Shown: piece by piece, positions 10,386 through 21,747 of the stretch | How the letters are laid out: every line of letters starts with the position of its first letter | Position numbering within the stretch: the first letter of the stretch is position 1 | Assembly (NCBI GenBank): GCA_963710365.1 | Contig: CAVQAC010000015.1 | Location: 496,125 to 560,124 of the forward strand | Source: an uncultured Planctomycetales bacterium | GTDB taxonomy: Bacteria; Planctomycetota; Planctomycetia; Pirellulales; PNKZ01 | Length of the DNA stretch: 64,000 nt | Reading direction: 5' to 3' | Program-made: the position numbers and the translations under genes | The notes under the pieces: generated by a model | What the model was told of the DNA's origin: nothing | Seen by the model: the letters and a program-made list of their open reading frames with translations, nothing else | Databases searched by the model: none

Positions 10386-11622
10386 ATTTCCTAAGTTCTC
10401 ACCTTCGAGTGGGTTTCATGAAGTCAGTGTGTGTGTGCTCCCTAGCGTTCAAGTCAGCTGGTATGGTTTGCCGCCGGCCGTGGTGGCCTGTAGCTGTGGC
10501 GTGTCTCTGGGCGGCCGGGTGCGATCAGCCGCCGCCAGCACTTCCGCCGGCCATGGCGCCGGAGGTCGAGGTTTGCCTGCCCACCTACCGGGAAGTCACG
10601 GATCGCGAAGACTTCACCGGCCAGACTGAAGCCGTGAAGACGATCGACATCCGAGCGCGGGTCACCGGTTACTTGAGAGCCGTGCATTTCCGGCACGGCG
10701 CCGAAGTGAACCAGGGCAATGTGCTATTCGAGATCGATCCGCCCTACTACAAGGCCGAGGCCGATCGGGCCGCGGGCGTGGCCGCCGAGGCCGAAGCCAA
10801 GCTGCAGCGTTTGAACCTCGACCATGAACGCGCAAGAAGCTGCACCCTAGCGGCATAATTACGAAGGAGCAGTACGACCTCGTATCGGGAGACGTGGCCC
10901 AGGCCGAAGCCACGCTACGCGCGGCTCGGGCCTCGCTCAAAATCGCCACGGTCAACCTGGGCTATTGTGAAATTCGGGCGCCGATCGGCGGCCGCATGAG
11001 CCGGCCCTACATCGATCCGGGCAACCTGGTAAAGGCCGACGACACGATCCTCACGCGCATTGTCAGCCAGGATCCAATGTGGGTCTACTTCGATCTCGAC
11101 GAGCGTACGATGCTTCGCCTGCGGCGGTTGGTGCAGCAGGGCGCGGTCGGCGTGTCCGCCGCCAAGGTGCCGGTGCAGATGGGTTTGGCCGATGAGCAGG
11201 GCTATTCGCGCGAAGGCGTGCTCGATTTCGAGGATAACCGGCTCGATCCGAGCACCGGCACGCTTCGCGTGCGTGCGGTGTTCGACAATCGCGACAGGTT
11301 GCTGTCGGCTGGAATGTTTGTGCGGGTTCGTTTGCCAACCGGCACGCCGCACCAGGCGCTACTCGTGCCCGAGCAGGCGCTGGGCACCGATCAGGGAAAG
11401 AAGTTCCTCTATGTATTAACGGCTCAGGATGAAATCGCGTATCGGCCGGTGGAGGTAGGCAAGGTCCACGACCGGCAACGCGTGATCAGCCAGGGGCTCG
11501 CTGCCGGTGAACGCGTGGTGGTTACTGGTTTGCAGCGCGTGAGGCCCGGCATCAAGGTCAAGGCGACGATGATCGCTCCGGCGGCTACGGCCGACACACG
11601 ATCGGCACCGCAGGCGAAGTAA
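10382..11622 (+). CDS. RND efflux periplasmic adaptor (membrane fusion protein), one frameshift near 10833
   Basis: The first ORF holds 'IRARVTGYLRAVHFRHGAEVNQGNVLFEIDPPYYKAEADRA'. The second holds 'KEQYDLVSGDVAQAEATLRAARASLKIATVNLGYCEIRAPIGGRMS'. They join if 1 nt is restored in 'gaacgcgcaagaag'. Confidence 0.85.
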
Positions 11623-11657
11623 GCGATCGGTTGTTCCTGTAAGGCGGCGAGGCGGAC

Positions 11658-14600
11658 GTGATCTCACGATTTTTCATCGATCGACCGATTTTCGCTGCGG
11701 TGCTATCGATCGTGATCACGCTGGCGGGCGGGGTCGCCGTCTTCAATCTGCCCATCGCGCAATTCCCGCAGGTTTCGCCGCCGACCGTACAGGTCACTTG
11801 CACCTATCCGGGGGCCAGCGCCAAAGACGTCGCCGAGGCGGTGGCCGCGCCGATCGAGCAGCAAGTCAATGGTGTCGAAGGCATGATGTTCATGTCGTCG
11901 AATTGCACCAATGACGGCCAATACAACCTGACCGTCACGTTCCACCACACGGTCAACGTCAACATGGCCCAGGTGCTGGTACAAAACCGCGTCAGCCTGG
12001 CCGTGCCGATGCTCCCCGACGTGATCAAGCAGACGGGCGTGAGTACGCTCAAGCGTTCCCCCGACATTTTGATGGGCATCGCCATCCTTTCACCCGACCG
12101 ACGCTACGACCAACTCTACCTGAGCAATTATGCCATTTTGCAGATCAAGGACGAGTTGGCGCGGATGGACGGCGTAGCCGACGTATTTGTCTTCGGCCAG
12201 CGCGACTACAGCATGCGAGTGTGGGTGAATCCGGAAGAGTTGGCTGCCCGCAGCCTGACAGCCGGCGACGTGGCCCGCGTCATCCGCGAGCAAAACATGC
12301 CTGTGGCCTCGGGCTCCATTGGGCAACAGCCGGCCCCCAAGGGACAGGAATTCCAGGTCACGCTCAACACGCTCGGACGGCTGAACGAACCTGAACAGTT
12401 CGGCGAAATCATTCTCAAAGCTACGCCCGAGGGGCGAGTCACGCGGCTGAAGGATGTGGCTCGGGTTGAACTGGCCGCGAAGAACCGGGACGTGAACGTC
12501 AGCATCGACGGGCAGCCGACCGTCTTTCTCGCCATCTTTCAAACGCCCGACGCCAACGCACTGGAAACCTACGACAGCGTCATGGCCAAGATGGCCGAAC
12601 TCTCGGAAGCCTTTCCCGAGGGGCTGACCTACGACATCGGATTTACCACGATTCCCTACACGCGTGAATCGATCCGCGAAGTATTCAACACCCTGCGCGA
12701 TGCGGTGATTCTTGTAGCCGTCGTGGTGCTTTTGTTCCTACAGAACTGGCGTTCGGCCATCATTCCTCTGGTGGCCGTTCCGGTGGCCATCATCGGTACG
12801 TTCGCAGCCATGCTAGTGTTCGGTTTCAGCCTGAACAATCTGACGTTATTCGGCCTGGTGCTGGCGATCGGCATTGTCGTGGACGACGCGATCGTGGTCG
12901 TCGAGGCCGTGGAGCACCATATTGAACATGGCTTGGCGCGCGCGAGGCCACGATCCTCGCCATGGAGCAGGTTTCCGGGCCGGTGATCGCAGTGGGTCTG
13001 GTATTGAGCGCCGTCTTCGTGCCCTGTGCTTTCATCAGTGGCATCACGGGCCAGTTCTTTCGCCAGTTCGCCATGACAATCGCCATCTCGACGGTCATCT
13101 CGGCCTTCAATTCGCTGACTTTGAGCCCGGCCCTGACGGCGCTTTTGCTGCGGCCGCGTGGCAAGCAGGCTCCGCCGCCACTCCCTTGGCTGGCCTTCCC
13201 CTTGATCGGCGGCGCGCTGGGCTGGTTCCTGGCGGCGGATCTGCAACCGGCTTTGGCGCGGGTGCTCGCCGTGTTGCCAACAGGGCTGGCGAAGCCGCTT
13301 ACGGACCACGGCGCGGTTACGACAGCCTTGCTGGCCACCATGGTCATGATGTTGCTGGGCACATCCCTCAATCGCTTGCTGAGTGTCGGCTTTCATTGGT
13401 TCGATCGCGCGTTCCACGTGGTCACGGGTTGGTATACGCGTGGCGTAGGCGGTTTGCTGCGAGTCAGCTTGCTCGTGCTCGTTGTCTACGGCGGGCTGCT
13501 CGGGGTCACCTGGTGGCGGTTCGTCAAAACGCCCAAAGGGTTCATTCCCTCGCAAGACATGGGCTACCTGATGGTCAACATCCAACTGCCCGATTCGGCC
13601 TCGATGGAGCGCACGCAGGAGGTTGTCGACCGCATCGTGCGCATTGCAACAGCCCATCCTGGCGTCAAGCATTGTTCGGGTATATCCGGCCAATCTTTCG
13701 TGCTCAATGCTTTCGGTTCGAATTTCGGATCGATGTTCGTGAACTTGCAGGATTACAGCCAGCGGCGCGATCCGAGCAATTCCAGCGATGCCATCGCCAA
13801 CCACTTGCGCACGGAATTTGCCAAGCAGATTGTGGGCGCCAACGTGCAGGTGTTTCCTCCCCCGCCAATTCGCGGAGTGGGCCGCGCCGGCGGTTTCATG
13901 ATCATGATCGAAGACCGAGGTGACGTCGGCCCGCATGTGCTGCAGGCGGAAACCGACAATTTGGCGAGCCTCGGCGGTAAGACGCCCGGTCTCTTGGCGT
14001 TGTTTTCCGTATTTCGCGCGAACGTGCCCCAGCTTCGCGTCGTGCCCGACCCGCGGCAGTGCATGCTCCGCCATGTGTCGCTGGCCGACTTCGCCGACAC
14101 GTTGCGCATTTACCAGGGATCACTGTACGTCAACGACTTCAATCGCTTCGGGCGCACCTGGCAAGTGATCGTCCAATCGGACCAGAAGTTCCGCGACAGC
14201 CCGGAATACATTTCAAGGTTGAAGGTGCGGAACAGCGACGGTGTGATGGTGCCGCTGGGTTCGCTGGCGAGCGTGCAGGAAGTCAACGGCCCGTTGGTGC
14301 TGACGCGCTACAATATGTACCCGGCCGCATCTATCAACGGCATGGCGGCGCCGGGCGCCAGTTCGCACCAGGCCATCGACGCGATGGAGCGACTTGCGAG
14401 GCAGCATTTGCCGCGGAACATGAACTTCGAGTGGACCGACATGTCCTACCTCGAGTTGCTGGCCGGCGATACGGCCACGGTGATCTTCGCCTTTGCCGTG
14501 GTGATGGTATTCCTGGTGCTGGCGGCTCAGTATGAAAGCTGGTCGCTTCCCCTGGCTGTGATCCTGGTCGTGCCGATGTGCCTGCTCAGCGCGCTGGTGG

Positions 14601-15229
14601 GCGTAAACATGGCCCACATGGACGTGAACATCTTTACCCGTATCGGATTCGTTGTGCTGGTGGGATTGGCGAGCAAGAACGCCATTCTGATCGTCGAGTT
14701 CGCCAAGCAGCGTCGACTGGCGGGCGCTTCGCGCCGCGAGGCGACGCTCGACGCCTGCCGGCTGCGTCTGCGCCCCATCATCATGACCAGCCTGGCCTTC
14801 ATCCTGGGCGTGGTCCCCTTGATTGTCTCACACGGCGCCGGCGCCGAGATGCGTAAAGCGCTGGGCGTGGCCGTGTTTAGCGGAATGCTCGGCGTCACGC
14901 TGTTCGGCCTGGCGCTGACCCCGGTGTTCTTCTCCACGATTGACTGGCTGGCCGAGGCGCGCCTGTTCAGTTCGTCGCGGCTGCGCCGCATGAGCGACCT
15001 CCTGCTGGCAGTGCTCAGCCTTCGTCCGCTGCGCCACTTCGGCACTAAGCGGCGGAGCAAGCCGGCGGTGGTCGTTGCATCCAAACCCGTTCCCCTGGAA
15101 CTGTTCGAGCACCTGCCCAAGGAGCGCCGCGAAGACGTTTCGCAGGAGCACGCTCCTCATGCGTCGACCCTCGCCCTGGGCGAGGGTCGCATCACGCTGG
15201 ACATCATTCGCCGTCCGGTTGAGAACTGA
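11658..15229 (+). CDS. RND multidrug efflux permease (AcrB/MdtB-like), copy 1, one frameshift near 12940
   Basis: GTG start gives '(M)ISRFFIDRPIFAAVLSIVITLAGG'. ORFs 11658..12986 and 12962..15229 align end to end with the paralog downstream. About 100 aa of C-terminal sequence lies after the last TM block. Confidence 0.9.
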
Positions 15230-15237
15230 GGTTTCTG

Positions 15238-18200
15238 TTGTTTTCACGATTCTTCATCAATCGTCCGATCTTCGCCTCGGTGTTGTCGATCATCATCACG
15301 CTGTCCGGTGGCGTGGCGTTGCTCACATTGCCCATTGCGCAATATCCGGAAATCACGCCTCCGACCGTCGAAGTTGCGGCCGTCTATCCAGGCGCGAATG
15401 CGCAAGTCCTGGCCGATACGGTGGCGGCGCCGATCGAGCAGCAGGTCAACGGCGTCGAGAAGATGCTCTACATGTCGTCGCAATGCACCAACGACGGCAC
15501 GTACACGTTGACGGTCACTTTCAAGCACGGCGTCGATTTGAACATGGCCCAAGTGCTTGTGCAAAACCGCGTGGCGCTGGCGCAGCCGATCTTGCCCAGC
15601 CTCGTGCAGCGGCGCGGCGTGATGGTGAAGAAGAAGTCGCCCAGCGTGCTGATGATCGTCAATCTCTTCTCGCCCGACAACAGCCGTGACAACCTGTACC
15701 TGAGCAACTACGCCACAATCCAGCTCAAAGACGAGTTGTCCAGGCTCGAAGGCGTCGGTGACATCACCTACATCGGCCAACGCGACTACAGCATGCGCTT
15801 ATGGCTCGATCCAGAACGGATGAGCTATCGCGGACTGACAACCAGTGACGTCGTCCGCACGATCGAGCAGCAGAACGTCCAAGTGGCGGCGGGGCAGATC
15901 GGGCAGCCGCCGATTGCCGACGGGCAGGCTTTTCAATTCACGATGAGCACGATGGGGCGGCTGGTCGACGTCGAGCAGTTCGACGAGATGATCCTCAAGA
16001 CCGACGCGGAAGGGCGCTTCGTGCGACTGCATGATGTGGCGAACATCGAGTTGGGCGCGCTGGTGTACAACCAGAGTTGCACGCTCGACGGCCGCCCCTC
16101 GGTCGCCCTGTCGATCTACCAGTTGCCCGGTTCCAACGCTCTGGATGTGGCCGATCAGGTGCGGGCCAAGATGATCGAACTGGAAGACCGCTTTCCTGAA
16201 GGGCTCGATTATTCGATCGTTTATGACACTACGCCCTTCATCCGCGAGTCGATCAACGAGGTATTCAAGACACTGCGCGACGCCGTCTTCCTCGTGGCCG
16301 TGGTCGTGCTCTTGTTTCTGCAGAACTGGCGTTCGGCGATCATTCCGCTCGTGGCGGTGCCCGTGGCCGTCGTGGGCACGTTCGCCGTGATGGCCGCCAT
16401 GGGCTTCAGCCTGAACAATCTCACGCTCTTTGGCCTGGTATTGGCCATTGGTATTGTCGTTGACGATGCGATCGTCGTCGTCGAGGCCGTCGAGCATCAC
16501 ATCGAACATGGATTGTCACCACGCGATGCTACCTTGCGCGCCATGGAACAAGTGTCGGGGCCAGTGATCGCCGTCGGCCTGGTGCTGAGCGCCGTTTTCA
16601 TTCCGTGCGCCTTTATCAGCGGTATCACGGGCCAGTTCTTCAGGCAGTTCGCGTTGACGATCGCCGTATCGACGGTGATCTCAGCCTTCAACTCGCTGAC
16701 GCTCAGCCCGGCACTGACGGCTTTGCTGCTTCGCCCGCGAGACAAAGGGATGGCCCCGCCGCTGCCGATCCTCGTATTTCCGCTGGCCGGAGGTTGGCTG
16801 GGTTGGACGTTCCTTGGCCCTCGATTGGTCGCGCTGCTCGAAATGCATTGGGCCGCTGTTGCTAAGGCGGTCGCCGAGCCAACGTGGACCGTACCCGCCG
16901 TGGCGGCTGCGGCAGGGATTCTGGCTGGCTGGCTGGCCGGACGCTGGCTCAACCGGTTGCTCGGCTGGTCGTTCCGTGCCTTCAATCGATGCTTCGATTG
17001 GGCAACGGGCATTTACGCCCGGATGGTGGGCGGCCTATTACGACTGAGCTTGATCGTGCTCGTGCTGTACGGCGGCTTGCTGGTGCTGACGTATAAGAGT
17101 TTTGTGGCTGCGCCCAAGGGCTTCATTCCTTCGCAGGACAAGGGATACCTGCTCGTCAACGTGCAATTGCCCGACTCGGCTTCGCTCGAGCGCACGCGTG
17201 TCACGATGCACTCGATCGAGCGTATCGCGGCCACGATTCCCGGTGTCAAGCACACGGTCACAATCGCCGGCCAGTCGATTCTGCTGGGAGCGACCGCCCC
17301 GAATTTCGGCGCGATGTACGTCATGCTCGACGACTTCCACCACCGCGCAAAGAGCGACTCACGGGCGACGTCGTGGCCGCGAAGTTGCAGGCCGGCTTGG
17401 AGCACGTCGTCGGCGACGGATTGATCAATATTTTCGGTGCCCCGCCGGTTGACGGCCTGGGGACTGCCGGCGGTTTCAAGATCGTCATTGAGGACCGAGG
17501 CGACTCTGGATCCAAAGCGTTGCAGGAAGTCGCCGATCGCATAATGGCTGTAGCAGGCCGCACTTCGCAATTGCGAGAATTGTTTTGCAGCTTTCGGGCC
17601 AACAGCCCTTGGCTGTACCTGGATATCGACCGGGCGGCCGCCAAGCGAATGGGGCTGGCCATGGACGAGGTCTTCAATACGCTGCAAGTCTATCTGGGTT
17701 CGCTCTACGTGAACGATTTCAATCGGTTCGGCCGTACCTGGCAGGTGAACGTCCAGGCCGCGGCGAATTTTCGCAGCAACATCGACGATCTGAAACGATT
17801 GAAGATCCGCAACGCCACCGGCCAGATGGTGCCCCTGGCCGCGCTGAGCGAAGTGCGCGAGGTCGATGGCCCGACGATGATCACTCGGTACAACCTGTAC
17901 CGCGCCGCCCCGATCAACGGCAGCCCTGTTGCGGGTGTCAGTTCTGGACGGGCCTTGGAACTGATGGAGCAGACTGCTCGGCGCGATCTGCCACGATCGA
18001 TGCGGGCCGAATGGACCGAGCTGGCGCTGTTGCAACTTCAAACCGGCAACACCGCCATGATCGTCTTCCTGCTGGCCGTGGTCTTGGTGCTGCTGGTGCT
18101 CGCCGCTCAATATGAAAGTTGGTCGCTCCCCATGGCGGTGATTCTGGTGGTGCCGATGTGCCTGCTGTGCTCGGTCTCCGCCGTGCTATTGGCCGACATG

Positions 18201-18560
18201 GACGTGAACATCTTTACGCAAATTGGTTTCGTCGTGCTGATTGGACTGGCCTGCAAGAATGCAATTCTGATCGTCGAATTCGCCAAGGCGCATCGCGAGA
18301 GCGGCGTGGCCCGTCGCGAGGCGACGCTGGAAGCCTGCCAATTGCGATTGCGGCCGATCGTGATGACATCGCTGGCATTCATTCTGGGGGTGGTGCCGCT
18401 GATGATTTCCGAGGGAGCTGGCGCCGAGATGCGTCGCACGCTCGGCACCGCCGTCTTCGGCGGCATGTTGGGCGTGACGTTGTTCGGCATTTTTCTGACG
18501 CCTGTGTTCTACTATGTCATCCAGTGGTTCGCTGATCGCCGAGAGTCCGGTGGCGGCTAA
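15238..18560 (+). CDS. RND multidrug efflux permease (AcrB/MdtC-like), copy 2, one frameshift near 17358
   Basis: TTG start gives '(M)FSRFFINRPIFASVLSIIITLSGG'. ORFs 15238..17424 and 17373..18560 join as '...DDFHHRAKSD/LTGDVVAAKLQAGLE...'. Confidence 0.9.
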
Positions 18561-18655
18561 GCAAGTGATATGTTGCTTGCAGCCGATCGACTGATTTGGT
18601 GCCGTAAGCTACAACGACGGGAAACCCCGTTTCATGCTTCAATACGCCGCTGGCA

Positions 18656-20027
18656 CTACATATTGATTTCGAACCCCTTGCGGTTTTCACGCGAGAGGAA
18701 CGAGTTCGCCTGACTGTCATCGATGACTTCCCGCCTGGCTGGATCCCACTTGAGTTCGCGGCCTAGACGCATCGCGATGTTCGAGAGGTGGCAGATCTCG
18801 AGCATGCGGTTATGCGACCAGACATCGGAGATCGGTTGCTTCCGCGTCTTCATGCCTTCAATGAAATTGGCGACGTGGTTCGCGCTGACCTTGCCGCCGT
18901 AGACTTTTTCGACGGCACCTTCTGGCAGTGGTTTGTCCTTCAGTTCTTCCACCGGCTTGCCGGCGAGCTTTCCGCGGTTGACGAAGAACCGACCTTCCGT
19001 CCCTTCGAACAGAATGCCATTGTCGCCCTTCGCTTGTAATGATCATCTCTACGTGGTTCGGCATGTCGACGCGGATGGTGAATTCGGTCGCCGCGTTGTA
19101 CTGATCGTCAACCGTGGGATAACCGTCCTTGTAGTCGACCGGTAACTTGTACTCGACGGGCGTGATTTTGCTTGGCCCCGTTTCGGTGGCGCCGAGCGCC
19201 CAGCAGGCTATGTCGACGTGATGGGCGCCCCAGTCGGTTAGCTTCCCGCCGGAGTACTCATGCCAGTTGCGGAATGAATAGTGGCAATTGCTGTAGAGCG
19301 GCACGCCACCGCCGTAACCTTTTCGCATTTCCGGCAGAGCCCGATACGGCACCTTGGGCGCCGGACCAAGCCAGAAGTCCCAATCAATCTGCTCGGGAAC
19401 AACCACCGTCGGAATGACCGGTGATGCCTCCATGTGGTCGATGCCGCAGGTCACTTTCTTAACCGTGCCGATGCGGCCGTCTCTAATGAGAGCGATCGCC
19501 TTCAAGAAACGCTGTTCAATCTCCGTTCGCTGCATCGTGCCGACCTGAAAAACGCGGCCGGTCTGTTTGACGATCTTCTCGATCAGCTTTCCTTCATCGA
19601 TCGTCAACGTGAGCGGCTTTTCACAATATACGTCTTTGCCCGCGAGCATCGCCTCGACTGCAATCTTTGTGTGCCAGTGATCGGGCGTGGCGATCATCAC
19701 CGCATCAATGTCTTTCCGCTCCAGGATCTTGCGGTAGTCCTTATACGCATCGGGCTTTTTGCCCTGGCCTTTCTCTACCTTGGCGACATTCTCCGCCAGC
19801 ACGTTGGCGTCGACATCGGCTAAAGCGGCGAAATCGGCGAAGCGAAACGACTTGTTGGTGATTGCCCAGCCTTGATTGCGCAGGCCAATCGTTGCAAAGA
19901 CCGGACGCTCGCTCGACGACGAAAAGCCAAAGACCCGGTTGGACGACGGGAGCAGAATGCTGGCGGTTCCAGCGGCGGCGACGCCTTGCAGGAACTGACG
20001 GCGGGATGCCTGTCGGGATGTCGACAT
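18656..20027 (-). CDS. Gfo/Idh/MocA-family oxidoreductase with twin-arginine signal, one frameshift near 19027
   Basis: 'MSTSRQASRRQFLQGVAAAG' is a Tat leader. 'DAVMIATPDHWH' and 'VYCEKPL' are family motifs. The C-terminus continues in ORF 18656..18952 ('NGILFEGTEGRFFVNRGKLAGKPVEELKDK') after a GGG-run indel. Confidence 0.85.
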
Positions 20028-20398
20028 TTGTGGAGATCCTTACTAGAGAAAACGAGTAAGACTAATCGCAGGAAGGCTTTTGGTCGCCCCGGGGTGGGCT
20101 TGCCAGGTTACTTGCCACAGAGCGTTCCCTGGGCACTGACGAAGAGAGATTCCAATCACGACTTCCCCATCAACGATAACACAAATCGTCAGCTGATTAA
20201 ACTTTTGCCCGGAGGAATCTGAATCGTCGGCCGCCCGACCGATGCCAGGTCAAAGCTGCTCAACCATCGTTGGATTTTCGGCACCGCCAACCGGTCGATT
20301 CGGCCAAGACTAGCGGTCAGACCGGCGTTCTCATGAAGGGCAGAAGAATCCGGCACCCTGTGCGTGACCCGAAAGGGGGGCGATGACGGAAGGTGTAG

Positions 20399-20596
20399 TC
20401 GGATATCACGCCCATCGCGCGCCGAGATTGGATTCACTGGATCGTCTCCGCCAAACAAGCAGAGACGCGTACGCTTCGAATCAGAACTGCCTGCGAAATG
20501 CTCGCCAAAGGAAAGCGACGCCCATGCTGCTTGGATCGGTCTGGGATGAATGGAATGACCCTGAGCTGCCCCGTAGCTGATGAGATCGCAAAGTGA
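20399..20596 (+). pseudogene. YdeI/OmpD-associated-family C-terminal remnant
   Basis: A frame not in the ORF track reads 'SDITPIARRDWIHWIVSAKQAETRTLRIRTACEMLAKGKRRPCC...'. It is preceded in frame by TAG (20396-20398) and TGA, with no start codon or N-terminal domain. Confidence 0.5.
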
Positions 20597-21084
20597 ATCC
20601 AGGTTGGGCTGCCCCGCGGAAGCTCAAATCCCGTCGCCAGTTGCTTCCGCAATCAGGGGCGAGGCGTGAGTTTGCGAAATCGTCGAGGCGGTTGGAGTTG
20701 AATTTGGCCCCAGTTGTTGGCTTCTTGGAACTGCCAACCCAATGATTCAGCCAAGCCAACATGGTCAGCATTCCTGTTTAGATCATGCCGTTGAAGCAGC
20801 CAGCGGGAGTCACGCAATTCGCGCTCGTCGCCAAGATGGCTGCAGATCCAGTCGCAAATCACGATGCTTTTCCTTCTGTCCACGCGTTTGACCCGCTTTC
20901 GATCAGCGCGATCACAAGCTGACCATGACTCGCAGAGTTCGTCGGCTTGAGGATCCGATTGAGTCGCGTCGGTCGGACTGTATCGGTAGCAGCGGTACGG
21001 CAAATGCAGCCTGTACGCTCTTGAACGTTGCGCTATTTCTCGACAATCTTCCAAGATCCTTTCCTGACCTAAGGAGGTACGGCG

Positions 21085-21261
21085 ATGAGACTACTACTCG
21101 TGATCCTGCTGGTGATGCTGTTAGTCGGCGCGCTGCCGGTTTGGCCTTATGCCGCCGGCTGGGGCGTGGGCTACTATCCCAGTGGTCTATTTGGATTGCT
21201 CTTACTCGTCATTCTGATTCTGGCGTTAACGCGAGGAGGTCGGAGAGTTCCGCCACTCTGA
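21085..21261 (+). CDS. DUF3309-family small membrane protein (58 aa)
   Basis: AAGGAGG at 21071-21077 precedes the ATG at 21085. 'MRLLLVILLVMLLVGALPVWPYAAGWGVGYYPSGLFGLLLLVILILALTRGG' matches the 'LP.WPYS..WGY.PSG' signature. It is below the 60-aa ORF-track cutoff. Confidence 0.75.
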   Translation: MRLLLVILLVMLLVGALPVWPYAAGWGVGYYPSGLFGLLLLVILILALTRGGRRVPPL

Positions 21262-21325
21262 CCGCGCCTCAAACTGCTGGCCATGCGGCGATGCCAGGCA
21301 GCAAAGTCGCAGCAGGAGGAATAAG

Positions 21326-21733
21326 ATGAAGACGGTGAGAGCTTGCATTCCCTTGGTATTATTAGCCGCGTGCTCCACGACCCGAGCACAATCCGTCGTT
21401 TTTGAAGGCCCGTGGCATACCACAAATCGAAAGCTGGACGGAACGATGACCTGTGCAATTACAAAAATGGGGAACGAGTTGTGGCTAGGTCATTTCTACG
21501 GTACTTGGCAGGGTGGTGGGTTTGATTTTACCGAGACGTTTTCCGGCCCGCCGTCAAAACTCCATGGGACAGCAATCATTGATGGAGCTGATTACGATTG
21601 GACGGGTGTAATTAAACGGGAATCTCCAGGGTCGTTCCGCGGAACCTTCGAAGGCTCCCGATACGAAGGCTACTTCGATCTGCAGGAACGGTCGAAAAGC
21701 GCTTCGTTGCATCAACTGCCGTCCGATAATTGA
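21326..21733 (+). CDS. Lipoprotein/secreted hypothetical protein
   Basis: AGGAGG lies upstream. 'MKTVRACIPLVLLAAC' has a lipobox. No recognised family. Confidence 0.6.
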   Translation: MKTVRACIPLVLLAACSTTRAQSVVFEGPWHTTNRKLDGTMTCAITKMGNELWLGHFYGTWQGGGFDFTETFSGPPSKLHGTAIIDGADYDWTGVIKRESPGSFRGTFEGSRYEGYFDLQERSKSASLHQLPSDN

Positions 21734-21747
21734 TTCCGGGACGCGCC

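Noticed and set aside
10820-10850. Programmed ribosomal frameshifting as an explanation for the split adaptor, pump and other genes
   Set aside because: I see no slippery heptamer or downstream structure at the junctions. The sites are heterogeneous, with both insertions and deletions in GC-rich context or short homopolymers. These families are not known to use recoding.
12656-14074. 472-aa minus-strand ORF, plus similar ones at 17013-18110, 15799-16509 and 14527-15120
   Set aside because: They are antisense to the RND pump genes. These are high-GC shadow ORFs with Arg/His-rich nonsense composition.
20653-21054. 133-aa minus-strand ORF
   Set aside because: It has a TTG start and no RBS or recognisable motif, and it lies in a decayed stretch. 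It could be a relic, but I cannot support a call.
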